DNA from: Dehalococcoidia bacterium
GTDB lineage: Bacteria > Chloroflexota > Dehalococcoidia > SM23-28-2 > HRBIN24
Direction of reading: 5' to 3'
Assembly (NCBI GenBank): GCA_025062275.1
Contig: JANXAP010000007.1
Coordinates: forward strand, 113,779 to 177,778
DNA length: 64,000 nt
The notes below the pieces were generated by a model. That model was not told the origin of the DNA. It did not search any database and saw only the letters and a list, made by a program, of their open reading frames with translations. Shown here piece by piece: positions 1 to 9,160 of the stretch (the first letter of the stretch is position 1; the number at the start of each line of letters is the position of its first letter). The translations under genes and the position numbers were made by a program.

Positions 1-421
1 ACTTGCCCGTGAACCACTGGGGCCGCTCCGGCTGGTGGAAGGTCTGGAAGATGGCCCGCATGCACAGTATGTATTCCCGCAGCCGGGCCACCGGCTTGCC
101 CGTCCAGGGCGTGGAGTAGCGCCGCTCGTTGTGGGCCCGCACCTGCGTGCCCAGTCCCAGCTGGAAACGACCGCCCGAGAAGCGCTGAAGGTCCCATGCT
201 ATCTGGGCTGTGACGAAGGGGCTGCGAGGAAAGGCCACCGCTACCCCTGTGCCCAGGGTCACGCGAGAGGTATGTTCCGCCAGAACCATGACGGGCAGGA
301 AGGGGTCGTGGCCAGCCTCCGGCACCAGGATGGTATCGAACCCCAACTCCTCCAGATGACGGGCATGGTTGACTATGTCGTCGATGCTGCTGGGGGCCGT
401 TATGGTGGCCTCCACCTTCAT
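1..421 (-). CDS. LLM-class (luciferase-like) flavin/F420-dependent oxidoreductase, N-terminal part only; the gene runs off the window start
   Basis: Hand translation of the minus strand from ATG 421..419, preceded by GGAGG: MKVEATITAPSSIDDIVNHARHLEELGFDTILVPEAGHDPFLPVMVLAEHTSRVTLGTGVAVAFPRSPF... This is a typical LLM N-terminus. The plus-strand ORF 35..571 is Arg/Gly-rich with no motifs. Confidence 0.65.
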   Translation of the reverse strand, partial: MKVEATITAPSSIDDIVNHARHLEELGFDTILVPEAGHDPFLPVMVLAEHTSRVTLGTGVAVAFPRSPFVTAQIAWDLQRFSGGRFQLGLGTQVRAHNERRYSTPWTGKPVARLREYILCMRAIFQTFHQPERPQWFTGK

Positions 422-731
422 GGCTTCTTACCTCCTGACAGATATGCTGGGCCGTGCGGGCGACCGGCCGTCATCGGACACTCCGATTATATCCGACGGA
501 CGCGGTGTGTATACGACTCGTCTACTTTTTCCTCATGGGGAAGGCCTGTTACGGGGACGGGGCGCTCTTGACGGGGTCGGGCCGGAGCGTTTAGCATTTA
601 TGTCGGTCAGCGCGCGGCTGACGGCGATGCCCTTTGAAGGACACACCTCCAGATAACGGCCGGGCGACGGCACCCGTCCCCGAGGGTGCAGCGCTGGCAT
701 TCGTCCGTCGGTTCCCCTGAGGGAGTGGGCC

Positions 732-1469
732 GTGGCCCGCAGACCTTCCCCCCAATCTCTGTCCGGCCTCCAGCTGGAAGGGCACTGGCGCCGGGCGCTG
801 GAAGACAGGCTCCGCCTCTGCACGGCCCTGGCCGAGGCGGGCGTAACGATAGAAGACCCCCTGACGACTTACATTGGGCCAGAGGTCCGCATCGGCCCCG
901 GCACCGTCATCAGGCCCAACACCACCATCGGCGGGCGGACGGTCGTCGGCCGGGGCTGCGAGATAGGCCCCAACGCGGTGGTGATGGACTCGACCCTCGG
1001 CGACGGCTGCCGGGTCATCGCTTCGGTGGTGGAGGACTCAGTGCTGGAGGAGGATGTACAGGTGGGTCCTTTCGCCCACCTGCGCCAGGGCGCCCACCTG
1101 GGGCCGGGCGTCAGGGTGGGCAACTACGCCGAGGTGAAGGCGTCGCGGCTGGGCCGCAACACGCAGGTCAACCATTTCTCCTACGTGGGCGATGCCGAAG
1201 TCGGAGCTGACGTGAACATCGGCGCCGGCACCGTCACCTGCAACTTCGATGGCAGGTACAAGCACCGCACGGTCATCGAGGACGGGGCCTTCATCGGTAG
1301 TGGCACGATGCTGGTAGCGCCCGTGCGCATCGGGAGGGGCGCCGCCACAGGGGCGGGGTCGGTGGTCACCAGAGACGTGCCCGCGGGTGCGGTGGTGGTG
1401 GGCGTGCCGGCCCGTCCCCTGGAGAAGGGCGGCGCCAGGGACGAGAGTGGACACCAGCAGTTGGGCTAG
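732..1469 (+). CDS. Left-handed beta-helix acetyltransferase equivalent to the C-terminal half of GlmU; no uridyltransferase domain
   Basis: Hexapeptide repeats and GlmU C-terminal motifs are present (GPFAHLRQGAHLG, NYAEVKASRLG, HFSYVGDAEVGADVNIGAGTVTCNFDG, FIGSGTMLVAP). The ORF opens at a stop at 654..656, and the first start is GTG 732, right at the GlmU linker helix. Confidence 0.7.
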   Translation: MARRPSPQSLSGLQLEGHWRRALEDRLRLCTALAEAGVTIEDPLTTYIGPEVRIGPGTVIRPNTTIGGRTVVGRGCEIGPNAVVMDSTLGDGCRVIASVVEDSVLEEDVQVGPFAHLRQGAHLGPGVRVGNYAEVKASRLGRNTQVNHFSYVGDAEVGADVNIGAGTVTCNFDGRYKHRTVIEDGAFIGSGTMLVAPVRIGRGAATGAGSVVTRDVPAGAVVVGVPARPLEKGGARDESGHQQLG

Positions 1470-2661
1470 CCTCTGTCTCTTCCTCCTCACCATAGCTCTC
1501 CTGGCCCTGGTGGCCCTGGCCGATGCCGGCCTCCAGCTAGGCCCCTGGGCCGCGACCGTCAGCGGGGGGAGAGAGCAAAGGCGGCAGGACCCCTGGGCCT
1601 GGGAGGACGCGCGTCTGGGGGCTGCCTTGCTGGGCGGCGGCCTGCTGGTGCCCTCGGCCCTGGCCGCGGCCCGGTTGCTGGACGCAGCCACCGAGGAAGG
1701 ACCCCTGGCCTGGACGGGCGGCGGCCTGCTGGCGGTGGCAGGTTGGCTGACAGCCCACGTGGGCGCTCGCCTGTCCATCCCTCGCCTGCCCCGCTCCCGC
1801 TGGCTGCCCCTGGCCCGCCTGGTCTGCCGCCTGGCCCGTCCCCTGGGACGGATGCTGGCCGCCCCCTTGCGGCGCGACGCCGCTAGCCGAGGCGAACAGG
1901 CAGCCCTGGAGGCGGTGGCGCGCCTGCTGGGCCATGAGCCTTCCCCGGCCCAGATGACCATGATGCGCTCGGTCCTGGAGCTGGGGGACACCACCGTGTG
2001 GGAGATCATGGTGCCCAGGGTGGACATAGTGGCAGTGGAGGCGGACGCCTCCTTCGAGGAGGTGGCCCGCACCATGGTCCAGAAAGGCTTCAGCCGTTTG
2101 CCCGTTTACGAAGACACCATCGACAACATCGTCGGCGTCGTTCACGCCCGCGACGTCCTGAGGGTGCTGGCCAACCACGTCCGCCCCCAGAACGTGCGGG
2201 AGCTGTTGAGGCCAGCCTACTTCGTGCCCGACACGAAGCCCGTTCACGACCTGCTGGCCGAAATGCAGCGCCAGCGCGTATCCATCGCCATCGTGGTGGA
2301 CGAGTATGGCGGCACCGCCGGCCTGGTGACGGTGGAGGACATTGTCGAGGAGATCGTCGGCGAGCTGGCGGACGAGTTCGACTCCTTCGAGGAGCCGGTC
2401 CAGCGGCTGGCCAACGGCGAGGTGCTGCTGGACGCCCGCGTCACCGTGGACGCCCTGGAGGAGATGTTCGGCGTCCGACTGGAGAACGAGGACTACGACA
2501 CCGTCGGAGGCTTCATCTACCACCACCTGGGGAAGGTGCCCAGCGTCGGCGACCAGATCGAGGTGGACGGCCTGGTGCTGCGGGTCGTCTCCATGCTGGG
2601 GCGCAAGATCAAGCGCGTCCACGTCTCCCGTCGTGCTCCGGCCGAGGGGCAGCCGGACTGA
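1447..2661 (+). CDS. CorC/HlyC-family transporter-associated protein (DUF21 membrane domain, CBS pair, CorC_HlyC C-terminal domain)
   Basis: The hydrophobic N-terminus is followed by a CBS region (WEIMVPRVDIVAVEADASFEEV, GFSRLPVYEDTIDNIVGVVHARDV, IAIVVDEYGGTAGLVTVEDIVEEIVGE) and a CorC_HlyC tail. The start is uncertain: GTG 1447 or 1387. Confidence 0.8.
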   Translation: MDTSSWASLCLFLLTIALLALVALADAGLQLGPWAATVSGGREQRRQDPWAWEDARLGAALLGGGLLVPSALAAARLLDAATEEGPLAWTGGGLLAVAGWLTAHVGARLSIPRLPRSRWLPLARLVCRLARPLGRMLAAPLRRDAASRGEQAALEAVARLLGHEPSPAQMTMMRSVLELGDTTVWEIMVPRVDIVAVEADASFEEVARTMVQKGFSRLPVYEDTIDNIVGVVHARDVLRVLANHVRPQNVRELLRPAYFVPDTKPVHDLLAEMQRQRVSIAIVVDEYGGTAGLVTVEDIVEEIVGELADEFDSFEEPVQRLANGEVLLDARVTVDALEEMFGVRLENEDYDTVGGFIYHHLGKVPSVGDQIEVDGLVLRVVSMLGRKIKRVHVSRRAPAEGQPD

Positions 2662-2699
2662 CCGCTCCCCGTTCCCGCAGGGGCACCGTGCTAGAATGA

Positions 2700-3815
2700 T
2701 TGCCAGCCATGCGGCCGGACCTGAAGTACTGGGTGGCCTTCGGCCGTATTCCGGGCGTGGGGCGGGCACGCCTCCAGTTGCTGGAGCGGCGCTTCGGCGA
2801 TCTGGAGACCGCGTGGAGCGCCCCGGCCCCTGAGCTGCTGGCAGCCGGATTGGACCAGCGCACCGTCAGCTCCATAGTCCAGCGTCGGGGGCGCATATCT
2901 CCCGACCAGGAGATGGAGCGGCTGGAGCGTCTGGGAGTGCGGGCCTTCACCTGGCACGACCCTGGCTATCCCCCCTTGCTGAGGGAGATACATGACCTGC
3001 CGCCCGTCCTCTACGTCCGGGGCCAGCTGACGGAGGCTGACCAGACGGCCGTGGCAGTAGTGGGCACCCGCCGCCCCACCGCCTACGGACGGCAGGCGGC
3101 CGAGGAGCTGACCTGGGGCCTCGCCCGGGCGGGCATCACTATCGTCAGTGGACTGGCCCGCGGCATAGACGCCATCGCCCACCGGGCGGCGATAGAGGCG
3201 GGAGGCCGCACCATCGCTGTCATGGCCTGCGGCCTCGACCTGGTCTACCCTCCGGAGCACGCTCGCCTGGCGCGGGAGGTGATGGAGCACGGTGCCCTGG
3301 TGAGCGACTATCCCCTGGGCACCACCCCGCGTGCAGACTACTTTCCCCGCCGCAATCGCATCATGGCGGGCCTGGGGCTGGGGGTGCTGGTGGTGGAGGG
3401 GGACATGACCAGTGGCGCCCTCAATACCGCCCGCTGGGCCGTGGAGCAAGACCGGGAGGTCTTCGCCGTCCCCGGCAGCATCTTCTCGCCCCAGAGCCGC
3501 GGCCCCCACTGGCTTCTGCAGCAGGGGGCGAAGCTGGTGCAGACCGTGGAAGACGTGCTGGAGGAACTGAACCTCACGCTGGTGCCCCACCGACCGTCCC
3601 CGGCCGCCCCCACGGCCAACGGAGACACGGAAGCCGCAGTCCTGCGTCATATGGGTAGGGAGCCACGCCATGTGGACGAGGTCTGCCGTCTCAGCGGCCT
3701 GCCCATAGCGACAGTGAGCAGCGCGTTGGCTATGCTGGAGCTGAAGGGACTGGTGAAGCAGGTGGGCATCATGACCTATGTTCGCGCCCACTCCCTGAGC
3801 GGAGGCGGACGCTAG
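2700..3815 (+). CDS. dprA: DNA-processing protein DprA (Smf)
   Basis: VAVVGTRRPTAYGRQAAEELTWGLARAGITIVSGLARGIDAIAHRAAIEAGGRTIAVMACGLDLVYPPEH forms the DprA Rossmann-like core, and there is a C-terminal winged-helix-like tail. The start is TTG 2700 or ATG 2709. Confidence 0.9.
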   Translation: MPAMRPDLKYWVAFGRIPGVGRARLQLLERRFGDLETAWSAPAPELLAAGLDQRTVSSIVQRRGRISPDQEMERLERLGVRAFTWHDPGYPPLLREIHDLPPVLYVRGQLTEADQTAVAVVGTRRPTAYGRQAAEELTWGLARAGITIVSGLARGIDAIAHRAAIEAGGRTIAVMACGLDLVYPPEHARLAREVMEHGALVSDYPLGTTPRADYFPRRNRIMAGLGLGVLVVEGDMTSGALNTARWAVEQDREVFAVPGSIFSPQSRGPHWLLQQGAKLVQTVEDVLEELNLTLVPHRPSPAAPTANGDTEAAVLRHMGREPRHVDEVCRLSGLPIATVSSALAMLELKGLVKQVGIMTYVRAHSLSGGGR

Positions 3816-3817
3816 CC

Positions 3818-6049
3818 ATGCCCGAGCGCAACGGCCACGACGTAGTGGTGGTGGAGTCGCCGGCCAAGGCCCGCACCATCGCCAACATCCTCGGCAAGCA
3901 GTACAAGGTGCTGGCCTCCCTAGGCCATGTGCGCGACCTGCCCAAGCGAGAGTTGGGGGTGGACATCGAGGCTGGCTTCCAGCCCCGCTACGTGATCATT
4001 CGCGACAAGGAGAAGGCCCTTCGCCAGATCCGCGAGGCAGCCCAGCAGGCCAGCACCGTTTACCTGGCTACCGACCCCGATCGCGAGGGGGAGGCCATCG
4101 CCTGGCACCTGTTGCATGCCGCCGGCCTCCTGGGGAGGCCCTATCGCCGCGTCGTGTTCCACGAAATAACCCCCCAGGCCGTGCGGGAGGCGTTCCGCAA
4201 TCCCCGCGACATCGACATGCGGCTGGTAGAGGCCCAGCAGGCCCGCCGCATCCTGGACCGGCTGTTGGGCTACAAGCTCAGCCCCTTCCTCTGGCGCAAG
4301 GTAAAGCGAGGCCTCTCGGCCGGCCGGGTGCAGTCGGTGGCCCTGCGCCTGCTGGTGGAGCGAGAGCGGGAGATAGAGGCCTTCGTTCCCCGCGAGTACT
4401 GGACCATCGACGCCCTCCTGGCCAAGGGCGACGCCTCCTTCGCCGCCCGCCTGGTAGGCTACCTCGGCCGCCGCCAGAAGCTGGAGATACCAGACGAGGC
4501 CGAGGCCCAACGGCTGGTGGCCATCCTGCGCTCCTCCCTCTACCGGGTGGAGTCGGTGGACAGGCGGGAGCAGGCCCGTCGCCCGCCACCGCCGTTCATC
4601 ACCAGCACCCTTCAGCAGGAGGCAGCGCGGCGTCTGGGCTTTTCGGCCCAGAAGACGATGGTCATAGCCCAGCAGCTCTACGAGGGAGTCCGCCTGGGCG
4701 CCCAGGGCGAGGTGGGCCTCATCACCTACATGCGCACCGACTCGACCCACCTGGCCGAGTCGGCCCGCGAGGAGGTGCGAGACTACATCCGCCAGCACTA
4801 CGGCCCCGACTACCTGCCCCGCACCCCCCGCCAGTACAAGACCAAAGTGAAGAACGCGCAGGAGGCCCATGAGGCCATCCGCCCCACCTCGGTGCACCGC
4901 GACCCCGAGTCCCTGCGCCCGTACCTGAGCGACGACCAGCTGAAGCTCTACACCCTCATTTGGCAGAGGACGCTCGCTTGCCAGATGGCCGACGCCCGCT
5001 ACGAGGTGCGGTCGGTGGACATCTCCGCCCATCCCCCCTCCGGGGAGCCTTTCCTGCTGAGGGCCAGCAGCTCCGTCCTCCTCTTCCCCGGATACCATCA
5101 GCTCTATATCGAGGGGAGCGACGAGGAAGAGGAGCAGGACGGCACAGGGGCCATCCCCGAGCTAGCGCCAGGGGACGTGCTGTCCCTGCTGGAGCTGATG
5201 CCGAGGCAGCACTTCACCGAGCCGCCGCGTCGTTACTCCGAGGCTTCCCTCATCAAGGCCCTGGAAGAGAGGGGTATCGGCCGGCCCAGCACCTACGCCG
5301 TCATCATCGCCACCCTCCTCGAGCGGGGCTACGTGGAGAGGGAGGGGCGCCAGCTCCGCCCCACCGACCTGGGGAGACTGGTGAACGACCTGCTAGTCCA
5401 GCACTTCCCCGAGTTCGTGGACGTGGACTTCACCGCCGAGATGGAGGACAGGCTGGACGAGATAGCTCGTGGCGAGCGGGCCTGGCAACCAGTGGTGCGA
5501 GAGTTCTACGGCCCCCTGGAGCAGGCGCTGGCCCGGGCCGACAAGGCCCCCAAGGCCACCGAGGCCACCGACCAGACCTGCGAACTGTGCGGACGGCCCA
5601 TGGTCATCCGCTGGGGCAGGCGGGGACGCTTCCTCTCCTGCTCCGGCTTCCCGGAGTGCCGGAACGCCCGTCCGCTAGAGGGGGAGGAGCCACCAGCGCC
5701 CGCCGAGGAGGCCTGCCCCGATTGCGGCGCCCTCATGGTGGTGAAGCACAGCCGCTACGGCCCCTTCCTGGCCTGCTCTCGCTACCCCGAATGCCGCGGC
5801 AGGCGCCCTTACCTGGTAAGCACCGGCGCCGCCTGCCCCAAGTGCGGAGGCGACCTGGTGGAGCGCCGCAGCCGGCGCGGCCGCCCCTTCTACGGCTGCT
5901 CCCGCTACCCCCAGTGCGACTTCGTGGTCTGGCGGCGGCCCCTCGCCTCACCCTGCCCCCAGTGCGCCGGCCTCCTGGTGGCCGATGGCCGCGACGGCGC
6001 CCGCTGCACCGCCTGTAGCTGGCGCGGCGCCGCCTCCGTGGCATCCTGA
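3818..6049 (+). CDS. topA: DNA topoisomerase I
   Basis: TOPRIM N-terminus (VVVESPAKARTIANILG...GHVRDLP) and active-site region LITYMRTDS. There are four C-terminal Cys4 zinc ribbons (CELCGRPMV..CSGFPEC, CPDCGALMV..CSRYPEC, CPKCGGDLV..CSRYPQC, CPQCAGLLV..CTAC). Confidence 0.95.
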   Translation: MPERNGHDVVVVESPAKARTIANILGKQYKVLASLGHVRDLPKRELGVDIEAGFQPRYVIIRDKEKALRQIREAAQQASTVYLATDPDREGEAIAWHLLHAAGLLGRPYRRVVFHEITPQAVREAFRNPRDIDMRLVEAQQARRILDRLLGYKLSPFLWRKVKRGLSAGRVQSVALRLLVEREREIEAFVPREYWTIDALLAKGDASFAARLVGYLGRRQKLEIPDEAEAQRLVAILRSSLYRVESVDRREQARRPPPPFITSTLQQEAARRLGFSAQKTMVIAQQLYEGVRLGAQGEVGLITYMRTDSTHLAESAREEVRDYIRQHYGPDYLPRTPRQYKTKVKNAQEAHEAIRPTSVHRDPESLRPYLSDDQLKLYTLIWQRTLACQMADARYEVRSVDISAHPPSGEPFLLRASSSVLLFPGYHQLYIEGSDEEEEQDGTGAIPELAPGDVLSLLELMPRQHFTEPPRRYSEASLIKALEERGIGRPSTYAVIIATLLERGYVEREGRQLRPTDLGRLVNDLLVQHFPEFVDVDFTAEMEDRLDEIARGERAWQPVVREFYGPLEQALARADKAPKATEATDQTCELCGRPMVIRWGRRGRFLSCSGFPECRNARPLEGEEPPAPAEEACPDCGALMVVKHSRYGPFLACSRYPECRGRRPYLVSTGAACPKCGGDLVERRSRRGRPFYGCSRYPQCDFVVWRRPLASPCPQCAGLLVADGRDGARCTACSWRGAASVAS

Positions 6050-6062
6050 GGGGGACGGCGCC

Positions 6063-6980
6063 ATGACCGACTGGCAATGGGCCGAGGCCTATCTGCGCCA
6101 TCTGGCGGCGGAGCGCAACCTCTCGCCGTACACCGTCCGCAATTACCGCAACGACCTGCGCCAGTTCTTCGAGTTTCTGGCCAGGGAAGAACTGCAGGTC
6201 GCTTCCCTGACCCGCCAGGACTTCCGCGCATACCTGTCGCTTCTCCACCAGAAGGGGACAGCGCCGGCCAGCGTTGCCCGAAAGGTGAGCACCGTCCGCT
6301 CCTTCTATCGCTTCCTCGTGCGGGAGGGGGCCATCCCCTCCAACCCCCTGGAGCAGGTGCGTGGTCCCAAACGGCCTCGCCGCCTGCCCAGCTATCTGAC
6401 CTATCAGCACGTGGCCGCCCTCATCGAGGCCGCCGACGATGAGTCGCCTCAGGGGATTCGCGACCGCGCCCTGCTGGAGCTGGTCTACGCTGCCGGCGTG
6501 CGCCTGAGCGAGGTGGTGGGGCTAGACGTGGACGACGTGGACCTGGAGGAGGCCACCGCGCGGGTGATGGGCAAGGGCGGCAAAGAGCGCATCGTCCTGC
6601 TGGGCACACCGGCAGTGGAGGCACTGCGTCGCTACCTGGTCGAGGCGCGTCCGCTGCTGACACGGGACGCCCACGAGCGGGCCCTTTTCCTCAACCGCGA
6701 CGGCCAGCGCCTCTCGGGACGATGGGTGCAGGAACTGGTCAAGAAATATGCCCAGCGGGCCGGCATCGACAAGCGGGTGTGGCCTCACCTGCTGCGCCAC
6801 AGCTTCGCCACTCACCTGCTGGACGGGGGCGCCGACCTGAGGGTCGTCCAGGAGCTGTTGGGCCATGCCACCCCCACCAGCACCCAGGTGTACCTGCACG
6901 TGACCCAGGAGCGGCAGCGACAGCGCTACCTAGAGGCCTTCCGGCACCGTCGGGGACGACGGCCGCCGGCCCAGGACTGA
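6063..6980 (+). CDS. xerC: Tyrosine site-specific recombinase XerC/XerD family
   Basis: The core-binding domain starts MTDWQWAEAYLRHLAAERNLSPYTVRNYRNDL. Catalytic motifs are RDRALLELVYAAGVRLSEV, HLLRHSFATHLL and GHATPTSTQVYLHV. I chose ATG 6063 over the longer 5985 ORF, which overlaps topA. Confidence 0.9.
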   Translation: MTDWQWAEAYLRHLAAERNLSPYTVRNYRNDLRQFFEFLAREELQVASLTRQDFRAYLSLLHQKGTAPASVARKVSTVRSFYRFLVREGAIPSNPLEQVRGPKRPRRLPSYLTYQHVAALIEAADDESPQGIRDRALLELVYAAGVRLSEVVGLDVDDVDLEEATARVMGKGGKERIVLLGTPAVEALRRYLVEARPLLTRDAHERALFLNRDGQRLSGRWVQELVKKYAQRAGIDKRVWPHLLRHSFATHLLDGGADLRVVQELLGHATPTSTQVYLHVTQERQRQRYLEAFRHRRGRRPPAQD

Positions 6981-8150
6981 CGACACCCGCGCCTCCCTTC
7001 GCCTTCTCGCCACCCTCCCGAAGAAGCGGAGCAAAGGCCCCATCGGCCCCAGCATGCGCACCAACCCTCGATAGGTCACCTCGCCCCGGATGAGGCGGCA
7101 GAACAGGCGCCAGAAGTGCTCGCTGCGGGACAGAAGGGCCACATAGGGAGGGGGAGCGAAGTGAAAGGCCTCGTGCAGGTGCCGCGACAGCTCCAGCTCC
7201 GGCGCGATGAGCCGCTCGACGGCTTCGACATAGGGACGCAGGTTCGGCGAGCGGCCATCGAGATAGGGGACGATGGCCTCGGCGGCCAGACGACCGCTCA
7301 GGAAGGCCATGTGGATGCCCTCGCCCGACAGGGGGTCCACCAGCCCCGCCGCATCCCCCACCAGCAGGACCGGCCCGCGCGCCAGGGGCGAGTCGGGGCG
7401 GCGCAGCGGCAGGTGATGGCCCCTCAATCCCCACAGGGACGCGGGCGATAGCCCGTAGCGGCGGCACAGCGCCTCCAGCTTGGGCCGCAGGGTGGAGGCG
7501 GCATACTTCCAGGCGCCCACTCCCACGTTCAGATGGTCGCCCTTGGGGAAGACCCAGCCATAGCCTCCAGCCAGTCCCCCCAGGTCCAGGGCCACCAGCT
7601 CTCGCCACTCCTCCAGCACGGCATCGGGCACGGAGGCGTTGCCTTCGAGAGCCACTGCCTCTTCATAGGTCTCGCGGGCGCCCAGCGATCGCGATGCCAG
7701 GCCGTTGGCCCCGTCGGCCCCCACCACGACGCCGGCCCGGTAGGCGTCGAGGGCGCTGCGCACCGTCATGCCGGCGCCGTCCGCCTCCAGCGCCTGGGCG
7801 GCCTCGCCGTCGTGCAGGTCGGCGCCGGCCTCCGCCGCCGCGCTGGCCAGGAAGAAGTCCAGTCGAGAGCGCCGTGTCATGTAGGTCAGAGGCAAGGGGT
7901 GCCAGCGGTCGAAGTGAGGCCCCAGCGCCAGGGAGAAGCGCGCCCCGTAGACGGTCCGCTCCACCACTGACGACACGTCCAGCGGCGCCCAGGCACTGGC
8001 CCTCAGGGTCACGCCGCCGCCGCAGGGCTTGTCCCTGGGAAGCCTGGACCGCTCCAGCACGAGCACCCTCGCCCCGGCCCTGGCCAGCAGAAGGGCACAG
8101 GTCGAGCCGGCAGGCCCCGCCCCCAGGACGATGACGTCGTATTTCCTCAC
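6930..8150 (-). CDS. FAD-dependent oxidoreductase, geranylgeranyl reductase family
   Basis: N-terminal dinucleotide fold MRKYDVIVLGAGPAGSTCALLLARAGARVLVLER, followed by KPCGGGV and a GDAAGLVDPLSGEGI motif. The GTG start overlaps the upstream stop (GTGA). Confidence 0.8.
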   Translation of the reverse strand: MRKYDVIVLGAGPAGSTCALLLARAGARVLVLERSRLPRDKPCGGGVTLRASAWAPLDVSSVVERTVYGARFSLALGPHFDRWHPLPLTYMTRRSRLDFFLASAAAEAGADLHDGEAAQALEADGAGMTVRSALDAYRAGVVVGADGANGLASRSLGARETYEEAVALEGNASVPDAVLEEWRELVALDLGGLAGGYGWVFPKGDHLNVGVGAWKYAASTLRPKLEALCRRYGLSPASLWGLRGHHLPLRRPDSPLARGPVLLVGDAAGLVDPLSGEGIHMAFLSGRLAAEAIVPYLDGRSPNLRPYVEAVERLIAPELELSRHLHEAFHFAPPPYVALLSRSEHFWRLFCRLIRGEVTYRGLVRMLGPMGPLLRFFGRVARRRREARVSSVLGRRPSSPTVPEGL

Positions 8151-9070
8151 TCTCCACCCCGCCGGACCGCCGAGGTAAGGACGGCCAGGGCCACGTCCGC
8201 CATCACCTGGTATCCACGGTCATTGGGGTGAATGCCATCGGTCGAGACCAGCTCGCCGCCACGGCCTTCGAACGGCCGGAAGACGTCGGCCACCAGGACA
8301 CCGTGACGCTGGGCTGCCGTCCTGAGCACATAGTTCACGCCTCGGGGCACCGCCGTCCCGGCCTCCCCCTCCAGGGCCAGGTCGCCCAGAGGGCCGACGG
8401 TGGGGTCGCGGCCCGAGAAGGGGTTGTATAGGGTGAAAAGAACGATGGCCCCCTGAGGCAGCTCCTGCCGCAGCCGCGCGAGTATGGTGTCCAGGTTACG
8501 CTCCAGGGAAGCCAGGGTGGTGCGGAACAAGTCCAGGCATTCCTGGGACGAGAGGAAGGCGTTGCGGTCGGCGCAACGGCCGCGGGCCACATAGTTGAAG
8601 AACAGGTCGAGCATATCGTTGCCGCCGATGGTCAGGGTCACCAGGCGAACATCGTTGTCGAGGCGGTCATCGGAGTTGCGTGCGCGGATCTCGGCGATGG
8701 CCCGATCCAGGTGCCCGTGCTCCATCAGCTCGCTGCTGGTATCGCCGCCGTGGCCCAGGTTGAGGACCTGGATACCCTCCCCCAGCGCCTGTGCCAGCAG
8801 CGCCACGAAGCTGTGTCCCGGTGTGGAGCCGGTGCCCACTGTGAGGGAGTCGCCCAGGGCTATATACGAGCCTCCGCGAGGCACCGGCGTGGGAGTAGGG
8901 ACGGCGGTCGAGGACTCCGCAGGCCCGGCGGCAGGCGCCTGAGCGACGGCGGCGCGCCTGGGCGTGGGCGTTGGCGAGGGGACAGGCGTCGGTGAGGGCG
9001 CCCCGGTGGGCGATGGAGTGGGGGCGGGTGCCGGCGACAGCTCCTCCTGCAGGAGCTGCGGGGCGGCCAC
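8147..9070 (-). CDS. SGNH/GDSL-family hydrolase with a Pro/Thr-rich linker, probably a lipoprotein; the true start may lie upstream near 9151
   Basis: SGNH blocks are present: YIALGDSLTVGTGS, TIGGNDM and DGIHPNDRGY. The first canonical start is GTG 9070, but the 30 in-frame codons upstream encode a lipoprotein signal peptide (see findings). Confidence 0.8.
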   Translation of the reverse strand: MAAPQLLQEELSPAPAPTPSPTGAPSPTPVPSPTPTPRRAAVAQAPAAGPAESSTAVPTPTPVPRGGSYIALGDSLTVGTGSTPGHSFVALLAQALGEGIQVLNLGHGGDTSSELMEHGHLDRAIAEIRARNSDDRLDNDVRLVTLTIGGNDMLDLFFNYVARGRCADRNAFLSSQECLDLFRTTLASLERNLDTILARLRQELPQGAIVLFTLYNPFSGRDPTVGPLGDLALEGEAGTAVPRGVNYVLRTAAQRHGVLVADVFRPFEGRGGELVSTDGIHPNDRGYQVMADVALAVLTSAVRRGGE

Positions 9071-9160
9071 GGGCAGGGAGCCGCTGCCGGAGCTGCAGGC
9101 GGCCAGCAGCCAGAAGAGAAGAAGAAGAGGGCAGAGCCAGCGCCCGCTGATGCTGTCCCC

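Noticed and set aside
35-571. 178-aa plus-strand ORF at the left edge, with overlapping ORFs at 369..656, 533..823 and 591..785.
   Set aside because: The minus strand at 1..421 translates to a clean LLM oxidoreductase N-terminus with an SD. The plus-strand products have no recognisable features.
8900-9070. Apparent repeats encoding PTPSPTGAPSPTPVPSPTPTP in the SGNH hydrolase gene, considered as tandem DNA repeats or contingency repeats.
   Set aside because: This is a low-complexity Pro/Thr linker typical of lipoprotein tethers. The underlying DNA is not a regular tandem repeat.
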